Source: Lingula anatina
Taxonomy: Eukaryota > Animalia > Brachiopoda
Direction of reading: 5' to 3'
Length of the DNA: 64,000 nt
Assembly (NCBI GenBank): GCA_051362555.1
Contig: CM120642.1
Location: 15,934,001-15,998,000, forward strand
A program made the translations under genes and the position numbers. Shown piece after piece: positions 48,374 to 62,008 of the stretch; position 1 is the first letter of the stretch, and each line of letters opens with the position of its first letter. A model generated the notes under the pieces. It did not search any database, was not told the origin of the DNA, and saw only the letters and a list, made by a program, of their open reading frames with translations.

Positions 48374-51300
48374 ATAGGTTACCCTCTGTGCACATTAACT
48401 CTGAAGCGACCAGGTAACTTTTGGCCATATGGCCATTAAATCTGCACAAGTGCAGATGACTTTGTACCTGCTCTACAGGAGCTCAGTGGGAGCTGGGGTT
48501 TGTGCTGATGTGATTAATGCTTGTTACACAACCTCTCTTATCTTGTCTGTCTGCTGAAACTAATCATGTGGTTTGAAGGAATACCCTGAAGTAACAAACT
48601 ATTCATAAGGGGCTTTTTTTCTTGTCGCAGAAGAGCAATTAACTGTCTTATTTGCTGTCAGGGATACTTGTTAAGTGGCAGTGCCCGAGTTGTCATGCAA
48701 CAATTACCAGCCATGTAATCATCCTCGAAATTTCATTACAGTACAGAGAATAACCATGAATTTAACCAGAGACATATCTGTGAATATCTAGTGAAAAATC
48801 AACTGTGGCCCTGGTAGAGGGTAAAAATAGATCAGGCTGGAATAAATGCACAGTGGTTAAAGGTGACTTGGGAAAAAATAGGTTGGAGACAGACATGCCA
48901 GCAACTAACAGTGTCTCTTTTATCCAAGTTTTGGCACCTTTATATGCAGCAAACTGGTTCTGCTTACAGAGGATACAGCGACACTCGGGGTACATTAAGA
49001 TAAAAGGGGAGGATACCTATTGATGCAACCTGGTGGCAGATTAAGCAATGGGTTTATAGTGAATGAGTGATATACAACTTTCCTTGCTTAACTATTACAT
49101 TTCATTTGAGCTGATGAAGATAAATGCATGTCACAGTGCCCAGCTAATCAACCAATTCACCTGCACGCACAAAGCATGTATCAGTTGTACATGTGACAGC
49201 TGTATCAGTATATAGCACATTGTAATACTCTATGAAGAGCTTAGGTGAGATTCCAACACAATTCGGTTCTACTGAGTCACACCTAACGCAACCACTCAGG
49301 CATACATCAGATTATGTACTGTTGGGGAAGATGTTGGAAATGTCCATAAAATTAACACTAGGAACAAGATGCGTTGAAATAAATTGAAAATAGTTGTAAA
49401 AGGAAATTGAAAAGGATACTAAGAGAAATTTGAAGTATGATTTCATTAACATTAATAAAGCAAGAGGAATGCTGCCCTTGTGTCTTTACTAACTATTGTA
49501 AATTACAGGAGATTTATCACAATTATTTTGTTCTCAACTGTCACAGAAATGGTGTAAAATTGCCAACCTCGCCAGGGTAGAAATATCAAAGTATCAGTCA
49601 TGTTACTAGAAAAACATCCATTATCTTGATTTCAAGCATTTAAATTGTCACACTCTTACCAGACTATTAAGTTTGATGTATTCTCAAATGCTACTAAAAG
49701 GACATTTAAGGGAAAGCTGCACACAAATCCATCATCATGATGTTTAGTGTCAGAATTACATAAATGTGATGCTAAATGCATATTATAGATATTCATCTCC
49801 ATAATATTTGTTATCAGATTTTCTGAATATTGTCTCTGCAAACTGCAAATCAACATGCATCATGAAAATAAATAGTAAATGAACTGTGAAACCCAAACAT
49901 TATTCCAAGATTTATGACACCAGTATTTGATATCAAAATTAGTTAAATTATAAGATTTTGGAAATCCATTGACCTGATTCCATTTTTCATAGACCTTAGT
50001 TCCCATTGATTTCAGTGAAGTATGCTCCCCCCCCCCCCCCCCCCCCCCCCCCATTCTACAATGAAAATGTTAGAAAATGATGCAACTTAAATTTACATGT
50101 TCTGCTTCTGCAAAAAGACCTACTAGTAAGTGTTGGTAATTAAATGTGTAAAAAAAAGGATGCATTTTTTTCGTGTGTTCACCTACATGCGTGTATGTGC
50201 ATGCATGTGTGGGTTGGGGAGGAGTTACTCTGGATTTGCATAAAAACGATTTCCACAAAAAAAAGTTTGGACAAAAGAAAAATCTCACACACATGGTATA
50301 TGCTGTGAAGCACAAATTGCTTGAACTAGAAATGTGCTTTTCATTCATACTTTAGTGCTCATACAGAAGATAAATACACATATCTTAAATGATACCGGCT
50401 GGGGTCCCTGAGAGTTTCTTCACAAATCCAAGTGAAATCAATATGAAACTGAATCATAATTATTTATAGCTGCTGCTGATCCATCACCCAGTGAGCTGCC
50501 AAATTATCTCAAAGTGGAGAAATATCCAAAAGCTAATCGACCCTGCCACCTCTCAAATACACTGCCCCATTTTTATCTCGTACTGTAAAGTAATAAAATA
50601 TAAATGTAAACTAAAGTGAAATGGAAGCATGTCAGACATCATGTAGGCTTTACCTGCTCACCAGGGTTTGTTTAATTTACCTGTAGAGAAAGGAGGGGGG
50701 AAAGGTGTTTTCCACCCGGTGGACTCACCTGAGACAGTTGCACTCTTTGTTTACATCTGGCATTAAATTTAGCTTTGCACCAAAAAACCCAGTACCTAAC
50801 CCAAATTCCGTACCACTAAACCAACCCAACCCAATGCATTTTGAAGTCTCCAAATGGAAGAGTCTAGTATTTCTGAGGGAAGATAGTTGTTCAGATGTAT
50901 ACTGATGTATTCACTTGAAATGAAAGTCTGTATGTTGGTCTAAAAGAGAGATCCAGAAACTTACAACTCATTGAATAAAGAGGACAGTTACTGAAGAAGG
51001 GGAAAAATGAAAACTGATTCATTCATACAGTCAGGCCCTCCCCTCCCCCTCCCCCCAGGGGTGTGTGCTCTCCCCACAGTTAGTTTTGTTTACTCACTGA
51101 TTTTCACCTGGTAAAAAATGGCAGTGCATGTTTCTTCTGAATCAATCAGTTGAAAAAACCAATGGCTTGACTGATCCTTTTTTTGGGCAAACATTTCATC
51201 AGTCATTGAACTGCCCTAGATTTTACACAATACATCATCAGGGCCCATAATAAATTAAGATATAGCCCTGCTACTTGGAATTGAGTGAAATTTTCATTTT

Positions 51301-51747
51301 TCTGATATCCATGTCAGCAGCGCACAGCCATAGTATAAGACTGCAAACATGGGCAAGAGTGAGTCGCCATAAATCTTAATATGGAGGTTAATCTGGGTTG
51401 TTCAACAAAGCAGGATTTGGAGGAAATTCTGTCCAATTAGAGGGTAAGCAAGGACATTCAAGGTCAACAAAAATAAACTGTGTTTAGTCACACATTACAT
51501 TTAGAATGATGGTTTAATGAATATCACCATTGCAGGGGCAGAAAGTTCACTTATGTCATCCATTATCTTTGTTTTACTGTTAAAATGATGAAAGCAAAGA
51601 GATTCAAAGGCATAACCCCAGTACATTTGAAAATGAGTAAATAATGACATAAATATATCTGATTCAATATTTAAGAATACTTTACTGCAGTGTAGCTGCT
51701 TGCTGTAATCTTGTATATAATAAATAGTGTCGGGCAACATGTCTCCT

Positions 51748-51748
51748 T

Positions 51749-51807
<59 letters not shown>

Positions 51808-51823
51808 TTTGGGGGGGGGGGGG
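51748..51823. repeat. (TTTA)n microsatellite followed by a G-run
   Basis: Direct reading. Confidence 0.95.
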
Positions 51824-53872
51824 ATGAGGTCAGAACCTGTTACCAGACAACAGCAGCTGGTCATCAACGCTGGACATTAGGTCTGTACCAATTGGAGGAC
51901 ATCAGAATTATTGACACAGAATGAAAACTAAACAAATTCTAATCTACCTGTAATTTTTTTCTGCACAGCTTAGTTCATCTACCACATGTCAATTCTTAGG
52001 TTTGTAGTACACTTACATTGTATACAATGGATAACACAGCATATTATAGCACCAGCTGGCTACAAATATTACCATCCCATGATATAGTATCTTTACTTTG
52101 CTACATAAGTATATAAGAAAAATCAAAAACTGAAGATTGGGCATTTTAAAACAAAAATTGGCACAATCCCTATTATTACCGACCCTCTCCCCTCCACCCC
52201 CAGCTCCAACTTCAAAAAATCATTACAGGTGTCATATATAGCCCTCTATGGTGTTAAAATGATGTTCATTATTGTCAGTGACAGTGCCCAGTCAGTGTAT
52301 CAACATCCACATTGTAACTTCAAAGATAAGCTCTGTGTCATTTCTACCTGACCAACTTTCATAGCTTTTAACCTAAAAATAAAACATCAGGCGACTGAGT
52401 GGGCATGGCACCTGCTCACCTGATGTGTGTTAATTAATTATGGCAGATCTGAGATGCACTTGGCTGATTTAATAAATAGCAGACTGTTTATGCAGCAGGC
52501 TTTAAAACGCAACTGACCTACTTCTAGCACAATTCCACTGGGGAGGGGGGGGGGTCAGCTTTCTTTTTTTTTTTTTTTAAATGAAAACCAACTCCTATCA
52601 TTCACATGCTGTGTAATTGTGAGGATGATATTAATAGTAATAGTAAGATGCATTTTGTGATAAATAAGCAATTCACTGCAGCTTACTCTTTTGGGACAAC
52701 CATTACAGGAATGAAAAGAGGAAATTAAACCTTGCTTATCTCACCCAGGAGTGGAATAGTCCATGCTTTCAGGTGATGACCTAACTAAAATACTTTCACC
52801 TGGGATATGGTGTTATTACAGTGTCTACACGCCAACAAAGATGCCAAATGTGGGTTAATTTGCTACATAACAGGCAAATTAGCTTGAAGCCAATCCAACT
52901 TTAAATAAGATATATGCTGGTGGCTAAAACACTTTCTGGATAGAAGAAGAATATAAATAGTCTGCGGTCTTTTACAAGTGAAAAAAATATGAGAGGCTTC
53001 AATTAACACTGCTAGCTGGGTGCTTATGAATATTTCAAACTTACACAGAAATACCAGACAGATAGCATTTAACCTACATAAAAAAAGAGGTCAATATCTC
53101 TCCATTGGGAAGCATTCATTCTTTAAAGTCACCTTCCTAGTGCACTGTCTTATAGATCTATCATACTGAATCACACTGTACTAGAAGCAGACATCTACAT
53201 AATAATTGCTGCTTCATGCATGTAAAATATGCTGTATAACAGCTTACAATAGGTTGATTTGGCCTTGGAAATTAATATTTCAACTTTTCGTTATATTTCA
53301 TTAGATTTTAAAATTGTGCAAAAAAGCTACACTGAGGATTTACCCAGCCTAAGAAAGGGCCATATATTTTCCAGGTGGGGGACCTCCGTACCTGTACAGG
53401 TACACTGATTTGAAGGTCCCCCCAGAGATCCCCCCCCCCCCCCCCCGCCACTTTCCCACATCCTCTACCAAGTAGAAAAGTGAGTACCCACTGATCTTGG
53501 GGAACAGATATCCTGTTGTTGACCTTCTTTGTAGAAATTTGAAATTAGGTGACCTGGATCTGAACAGATCGATCAAATTATGACGGTTCTGTCGAACAAA
53601 GACCTACTGTGCTGCATTATGATAATTAAACCTTAATAAGTCAATCCCTTGTCGGAAAAAAATTGCAGTCTCAATATTCACCTTTCACCAACTGGAAATT
53701 TACAAATGCAATGTGTGCCAGAAGAAAACCTATGAAAACCTAAGGAAAATTGAAAAATCTAGTTTGCCTTGACATTTACCTGATACTAGGTAAATTAGCC
53801 TGTGCTGTGAAACTCGCAAAGGGCTCATTCCCATTGAAACTCATGATGACTGCAATCAGTTTAACAGATTAA

Positions 53873-54086
53873 GGGCGCATTCCCATAGATTTTAGATTGA
53901 TCTATCCCCATGGGGAGTCTCACTAGATTATTGTCAGATAATCTGGCTTAAATGTCCGTCCCGCCTACTACAAGCTGTAAGGGGGTAATTAACTTTCGTG
54001 CCCGCTCGGCTGACAGCTATTTAGCGTGAACCCCTAGGGAGTTAGGTTGATCTAGGTGGATCGATCTAATCTCTGGGAATGGGGTC
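53873..54086. mobile_element. Harbinger-like MITE with TAA TSD, nested within a family B MITE (53821-~54160)
   Basis: TIRs GGGCGCATTCCC / GGGAATGGGGTC, TAA on both flanks; the flanking halves match the family B arm and core. Confidence 0.78.
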
Positions 54087-55236
54087 TAACACTCTTCCTC
54101 CTGGCATTGAGTAAAATACAGAAAATGTGGGGATTATAAAAACACAACCTCCTTGTCAGAGGTAATAAAAATATGATGAAAAAAAAACAAAATAATAAAT
54201 AAATATTTATTATGGTGCTCTTGCATATTATGATGATGACCAAATATTTTCAAATATATCTCATTACTGATTTCTTGTGAACACCAGATATGCATCATGC
54301 ATGGATCATCTTTAATTCAAAAGAATATTTATCACATTACATACGACAATAAAGATGCATTTTATGAATTTTAATATGGTGACAAGACAGTGGCTTCATT
54401 TTTTAAATCAGTGTCTTTCTATCACATCTTAAGTTATCACATAATGTGACAAATTTGCCATAACAATTATTTTCCGATTGTTTCTCTCCTAAAAAAAAAG
54501 AAGTCAGGAAGGACATGCACATGTGCACGTACACCTGACAAGTTTTCCATTCATTGGCTTGTTGTCAAGATTACAGTCTGCCAATAATTCAGCCAGTTAA
54601 TCTTTTCAATGAAGGATAAGAAGTTTTTTTATAAACCTCAGCAATGACCTTACTAGGACACATTTCTAGTTTGAACCATCATGAACGTGGGTGAACTTAT
54701 GAACAGGATTTGTTATGAACTTGTACCAGATATAACCTTATCACCCTTTCCACTTTAGTTAACCTGGGGAAAGTTCACGGCTCTTTACCCTATCAGTCAA
54801 TAGAAACAACAAAGATAAAAACCTTTATCAAGCCTTGAAGGGAGGTCAGGTGCATCTGAATTTCATATCCATAGCACTAAAGTACCTGGGTGATTTTTGT
54901 TGGGAACAAATCTCCAACCAGGCACAAGGACCAGGCATTTTATTTTTCTCTCCGCCTCCATGATATCCAAAATGAGCATCCATTTGTTTTTGTGCCCGGC
55001 CTCCTCTCCCTCCCCCATAAAATGGAATGAAGTAGGTCACCCGGAGTGATTGGTAAAAACACTGCTCTGGAATCAGCTGATCTGATAAGGTTGCTCAGGT
55101 GTACCAGAGGGATCACAGGGACCAACACCACTGATTTCATGTTTGTTATTCATCAAGATATGCAAGTTTGTTTTCCTATAAAGATCCACATGGAGAGGAA
55201 AGGAATTGTATGAAGATTTTTTTTTATTTTATCATA

Positions 55237-55521
55237 GGCCGCATTCACATCGAGAAGAGCCGAGAACTAAATATGGCGGACGTACATGAAAGGAAAACCG
55301 CCTATCTTTTAATAGTCTTTCTGCCTCTCACACGCATCCCCACACATCGTTCCTGCTGGCGTACAGTCATTTAATCTCGGCTCCATTGGGACGACACTTG
55401 GGGAGGCGTGTGAGAGGCAGAGAGACCATTAAAGGATTAAGCGGTTTTCCTTTCATGTCCGTCCGCCATATTTAGTTCTCGACTTTGTAGAGCCTCGGCT
55501 ATTCTCGATGTGAATGCAGCC
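55237..55521. mobile_element. Harbinger-like palindromic MITE (GGCCGCATTCACATCGAGAA TIRs), TSD ATA
   Basis: ~105-bp inverted arms, ATA on both flanks. Confidence 0.87.
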
Positions 55522-55740
55522 ATACTAAAATCACTCCACACACTGAATGATAACAGAAAGTCCCTTAACCATGAAGTGGTCAGAGCATTGCTTGCCTCAA
55601 ATATTTATTTTCACAGTACATTTGCATGTGCTGGCAAACGTTCATGTAAAGAAGCATCTATAATTTAAATCATTAAAGAATCTATATTTGTTTTACATTA
55701 TAGCCACTTCTTTCTAGTTAAAAAAAACTAGCATATATAC

Positions 55741-57606
55741 AACAAGGCAGCAAAGCTGTCAAATGTACAGACAAAAAACAGGAAATAACTATGCACAAAA
55801 TAGGCTACTGTCAATTCTGATGCAAAAGTACATTATGTTAAACTGCAAATTCAACATCAAATTTTAATTATGCTCAACAGGTAATACTAATGTAAGTAAA
55901 ATGTGTAACAAGCATAAGGCTTCAGGCCCATGGCAGTTCAAGTTCACACTTTGAAAATGTATAACTTCCAGAAAAAGAAGCCAATTAGACTGCTTTTCCA
56001 ACTCAGGCTGCATTTTAGTCCTGTATTTCTTTTTTGAACGTTTGGCAATCATCAGTAACATGGTTTTCCCATAATGGTCACCATGGCAGCAGCACCCAAA
56101 ATTGTGTTTTCTTCTATTCTGATGCAATATTACATAATGGTTAACAGCATAATGACCGTCAATTTTTAATAATAAAATATACGTATCTTGGATTTTCAGA
56201 AAATGTGACTAGCATGGGTCTTCAAGCCCATGGAACTTCAAAGTCACACCTTGAAAATGCCAATATGTGAAAAATTAAATTTTCACAAAAAAAAACTGTT
56301 TAACTAGCAGAAAGAATTACCAAACAGACTGCATTGCCTACTGAAGCTGTATTTTAGTCCCATGTTTCTTTCCTGTAAGTTTGAGAACAGTAAGTGACAT
56401 GATTTTTCTTAAATGGTCATCAAGGGAGCAGTGCTCAAAATATTTTTTTTTCCAAATTTTGATGCAATATTACATAACGTTTACCACCATAATGACCATC
56501 AATTTTTAATAATAAAATATTAGTAACATGGACATTCAGAAAACGTGACCAGCAAAAGTCTTCAGGCCAATGGTACTTCAAAGTCACACCTTGAAAATAT
56601 TATGCCAAAATGTAAACAAGACAACACTGTTGTGACATGGTTTTATTCCCATTTTTAACACTTTTTAAACATAAAACAAAATAAACAGTTTATTGCAATT
56701 TTTATATGATCAACTAAGAAAATTGATGAGATGGCAAAATTATCAAAAAAAAAAAAAAAAGTGTTAAATGTCCATTTTCCTCCATTCTGAGATTCTAAAC
56801 ATAGTGGATGATTGAATCTGACAAACTGCAATGATATGAGTTTATTTCCATTTTTGACACTTTATTACACAATATACGATAACAAGTTTACCATCATTTT
56901 TACATAATCAACTAACAAGGTTGTAAAGATGCAGGAAATGTCAAACAAACACTTTTAAGTATCTTGCTACTTAAATAATAAGGCTATTAACATGCCTAAG
57001 AATTAAATCTGAGGAAATCTGAGGAAATGTGAAAAAACAGCTTAACTTCTAAAATAATGCCCCGATTATGCTGATTTTCGAACTCAACCTGCGTTTTAGT
57101 AAGACTGACCATTCCTGTGAGTTTAATGACAATTTGGGCTTTCTGTTTTTCTTATAATGTGTTTACAGTGTTGCATATATGCTGAAAAATGAAAAAACAG
57201 CATAACTACTAAAATAGTGGCCCGATCATGCCGATTTTCGAACTTGACCTGCGTTTTAGTAAGATTGATTACTCCTGTCAGTTTCATGACAACAGGCCTA
57301 TCGGTTTTTCTTAAAATGTGTTAACAAGGTTGCATATATGCTGAAAAATGAAAAAACAGCATAACTTCTACAATAATGGCCTGATCATGCTGATTTTCGA
57401 ACTTGACCTGCGTTTTATGAATATTTATCAGCTCTGTAAATATAAAGCCAAAAAGTAAAACTGTCTTCCACTTATCGTGTTAACGATGAAAGTGCACGGC
57501 GACGGCGACATCGACGGCGACAGGGACGGCGACAGGGACGGCGACGGCGACGACAGACGCAGGTGATGGCAATATGTACAGACACATCTGTGTCTGTACA
57601 TAAAAA
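55741..57606 (+). mobile_element. Non-autonomous Helentron-type (HINE/DINE-1/pearl-like) element with internal tandem arrays
   Basis: 5' AACAAG...TGTACAGAC; arrays of ~300-340, ~200 and ~160 bp; GACGGC-type microsatellite at ~57496-57560; terminal hairpin at 57573-57602 followed by an A-run. Confidence 0.7.
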
Positions 57607-60600
57607 TGTCCAATAAAAACCAGAATTTGGTTTCTTTTGACCTTTGACCTGAACCTCCTTTTTTTCACACCCGAATATAGGTCAGCAGAGGTGAAGTTTT
57701 CTGATTTAGTGCAGTTGCATGATGTATGGTATCTTAAGGTCAGGTCACTTCAGGAAATGCCCATTGAGACACTTGAATGTCATTTTAATTCCCCAAGGAG
57801 AAAAGCAAATGTCAAGTAAATATACCTTGGTGGCATTTTACTTTATGGAAAAAATGCTACATTTAAAATCCAATAAATAAGCTTCAAATTGTTGAATAAA
57901 AGTCTATAAGGCAGTGTTCATGTCATATTTTAATTCACCACTTTAATACAGTTATGGGACAAGAAGAGCAAGGCTCCATCTGGTAAATTTCCTTTTGAAA
58001 TCTATTTCTTTTTCATTTTTTTTACATCACAGCAACTTACAGAACATTAGAGAAGTAAATTCTAACACAAAAATAAAGTTTATTTGCAAACTCCAAAAAT
58101 AATAATATTAATTTTTCACATGTTCCTTATTTTTTGCAAGAACCAACCAAGGTACAATAGGCAATGTTTAATTTGTAAAAAAAATAAAAGAATAAATTTG
58201 TTGTTGTATAGCCAATCTAATGCTAAATTTGCAAAATATTAAAGTCATATGACCACTTTTTGAGGAAAAAAAAACTTTTCCCTTAAAAAAAAAAAGCCTC
58301 CCCAAACCTGTTTATTTCTTACTTCTTATGTGCTTCAATGAATTGACATGATTAGCAAATTTACCAGTACACTGAGCAAGGAGAAGAGTTTTAAGGTCAG
58401 GAGAATTGTAGCAGAAACTGTGTACTACGAAAATACACATGGACTCCATCAGACAGATTCATTGAGCGGCTTGTCTGCATTTTTGTCATGGTTCAGTCCA
58501 TTCCTCAAAGAAGGGGTGAAGGGTTGGTATCTACATTGTACAACAAAGGAGAAGTTAACCCAATAAACTACATTAACCCCAGACGGGATGTTATGCGCAG
58601 ATTAGAATATCTAGAGCAAATCAAATCACACTGTATCACAGCTTTGTGAGAGCTGACAGTAACAGAACAGGATATTAAAATCCAAACTTCTAGTGCAGAC
58701 TAAACAGAAATGATATCCAAGCATTCTGTCCTGGTAGTGCAGCACAGTCAGTGTGTTTTAACTCACTATGTACAGTGCATATATGTATCATTAAGTTAGT
58801 CTGAATATAATGTCACCTTAACTAAGAAAAAAAAAAACAAAAAACGATATAATAAAAGAATGGGTGAAGAAATTACAAAGTGAAAAAAAGAAGAATGCGT
58901 AAAAAACAACAGAAATAAAAGAGAAACGGATCAGACTGACAGATGAGTGATAGTAACAAACATAAGAAAAAATAAATAAAAAGTAAAGCAAATGTGACAA
59001 ATCAAAGAAAGGCAAAAGAGTGAAAGGATTAAATAATACAAATCTGTATATGCATATCCCCCCCCCCCCCCTTTCAGGTTCCTGCAGATCTTTAATACCC
59101 TACTTCAAAAAAGTATCATGTAACAAGCACTATACATGTAGGTGTGATCGATATAAAGATAACCTTTTAAATCCAAGTGTATCTTATATTTAGCTTTCTA
59201 TTCCAAGTTAGTCAGCATAATAACACTGAACTATTTGCACCTTTCTAGGAAATTTGTTATATTTACCCATACTTCATCAATACTTCATAGATAAAGGTAA
59301 ACGACTTATGCACTAATGAAAGTAGTTCAACCTATAAATTATTTATAGACTGACTTTGCTTCAGGGCATCTCTCTGATTTAAAGGAATATTCTAATCAGC
59401 AATGTTATTGGGGCCATCTTTGAATAATTTTTATTATCTTTTCAAACTGTATGAACCTGGGGCCTCTGAATTATAATACCAACTAGTGCGTTATAAAGTT
59501 GTAAATAATGAATAAAATTCTGTATGGAAATAGATGCTGCAGTTATATTGATCGTTAAACAGCATTTCCAGCCACTGATAAATATGCAGCACATATACGA
59601 GGGAAAGCCTGATATATATCAACTGTTTGTCTTGAATGAGGGTAGAACTCTGAAACAGATAAGAACCACAAACAGATTTGCAGGACACAAACAAAGACAA
59701 AGTGATTACTGGTGATATTTATCTTGGACAAATCCATTGTCCCTATGATCGGCAATGTCATTATTGCGTTCTCGCGGTCACATAATAGGAATTTCCAGGA
59801 CAAAATCGAAAGAAGCCCCAGATATTCAGAAACAAAGTCAAGTATGTAGATTTACTTGTGCCCGAATTCTGACAGAGCAATCAATGGCAGCTAAAAAAAG
59901 AAAGTAATACATGCAATACAGGATGCCTGAGGTCCAACAAAATCAATACAGGGTTATAAAATCTTTATGTAGTAATATGATGTCTAAGATTAAGTCTACA
60001 CTCTAACAGGGCACCAGCAGGTCTTGATCATGCTTCTTGGAAACATCTCTTGATTGCCTTCAGTAGCCAATTTCTTTGAAATAACCTGACTGCACTAAAG
60101 TATCTCTGCCATTTATACATCCCAGTCATAGTAGTACTCATAAATTAATATTGCAGTATTTTTTCTTCTTGTTTTAAAAGTCCGACCATAGAATAAAATG
60201 AATAAAATGATAATTCCTAGTAATCATTTGCAGATTTCTGAGCATTTTGATCACTTAAGGGTTAACAATTGGCATTATAACAAGTGGAAATCTTCACTTT
60301 TAACAGTTATCATAACCTCAGCTTATCACATTTACCCCTGAAATGATCAAAATACTCGGGGGGGGGGGGGGGGGGGGGGGGTAGTAGATCAAGTTTAACT
60401 CCCCCCCCCCCTACTCACATGGAATATTCCTGTTGTAATAAGATGAGCAGCTTTGTGTACAGAGGTAGAGCCCATTAGGGAGATGAGGGGTGAAAGCTTT
60501 ATTGTTTTAGTGCTATGTAAAATGCTCCACTGAAAAAGTATGATAACCTTGCACAAGTAATAAGCCATCATATGTGCAATATTAATGTCCTTGTCTAGAC

Positions 60601-61330
60601 AAAAATACTTTTACAAAATGAGGCCAGTCCCCATATTCAAATCAAGGGCACTTTCACTTTTTATGCAGGAGAGAGGCTGTGATGGTGGCGTGTTCTTCAT
60701 AGACACAGTATACTGAACTCAGTGATCAGATCAGAAAAATCAATAAGTATTGCTTTCCACATATGTCCAACTCTAAGCCATTCATTTTCCACTGTAAAAA
60801 ACATACTCATTCTGCTGTCATTGATAACTGCCAATACCAAAGGGCTCAGGACAATAAAAAAGCACTTGTAGACAATGTTGTTGAAATATTGCCAATTGTA
60901 CTTTAAAGTCACATGACTTGAACAGACAGCAAAGCTATTAGGACAGAACAAAATATGACTTCGTAATTTGAGGGCTAATGGTTATGCAGTGCAATGACAT
61001 TTATCAGTTGTTTCGATTATCCAGGACTATTTCATGATGCAAATTAATCCAATTGTGTCTTATTATTGTTTTTTATAGACACCGTTAAAAGTAAACGTTA
61101 GAACACTGGGAACAGTAACATTCAGATGCTACGTGTTATTATTGAGAGGGGAAGGGAATTTTTATAATATAGATATTTGGATAAAATTAGTCTACTTGGA
61201 TCCAAAATTTCTTAGTAGTTATCTGAATATGTCTTTTTATACATAAAGTACTATAAAGAAATACGTACCTCATAGTTACTTTATCTAAGTGGACTTAATA
61301 AATTTCTCCCAAACTGAAATTGACCAAAAT

Positions 61331-61635
61331 CAGGCCTACCCAACTACCAGACTCAGCACCGAATGATCCTGAATTCACCGGTAGATCAGACCACACTACC
61401 CGTTTTCAAGGTGTGTCACACAGTATCAGACGCGACTCCGCTCTTGCCTAGTACGCGATGTGATAGTGACGATTCTCAGCAGGGATGAAAAGCATTGCAT
61501 CACCACTCAAAATTTGTTCAGGGTATGATACTGTGTAATGCGATCTGACACACACCTTGAAAACGGGTAGTGTGGTCTGATCTACTGGTGAATTCAGGAT
61601 CATTCGGTGCCGAGTCTGGTAGTTGGGTAGGCCTG
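61331..61635. mobile_element. Palindromic MITE with CAGGCCTACCCAACTACCAGACTC TIRs (~85-bp arms)
   Basis: Near-perfect long TIRs, flanks AAAAT/AAAAG; second truncated copy at 32826-33055. Confidence 0.88.
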
Positions 61636-61972
61636 AAAAGATATGTTAAAACAGCTTTCAGTCTTAAGTTCCTATGTACAACAGGCACCTTAGGTTATTA
61701 TCTTAGTAAACAATCTCCCCTGACTAATGCAATATTATGTAAAATCTACCATATAAAACCTGATTCTGTGGCACTGTCCCACCCACATTTATTACGTAAT
61801 TAGAAGCCTACTAATTGAAGCTGGCTATTCAAACAAATTGCCTTGAGACACAAACATATCCAAGTTTAACTGGGATGCAATCAAAGACATTTTAAAATGA
61901 TCTTAAAATATCAAATCCCAAAAATTATCAAAGTCTCTTAATTTATTAAAACTGCTTGCAGAAGCAGTCAGA

Positions 61973-62008
<36 letters not shown>

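Noticed and set aside
53486-53560. Possible DDX11 upstream exon (FKFLQRR) on the minus strand
   Set aside because: No GHVIP motif, weak donor and no convincing similarity
57638-57650. Perfect nuclear-receptor DR1 (TGACCTTTGACCT); also 2201-2213
   Set aside because: This word is very common in invertebrate repeats, and nothing else supports a function
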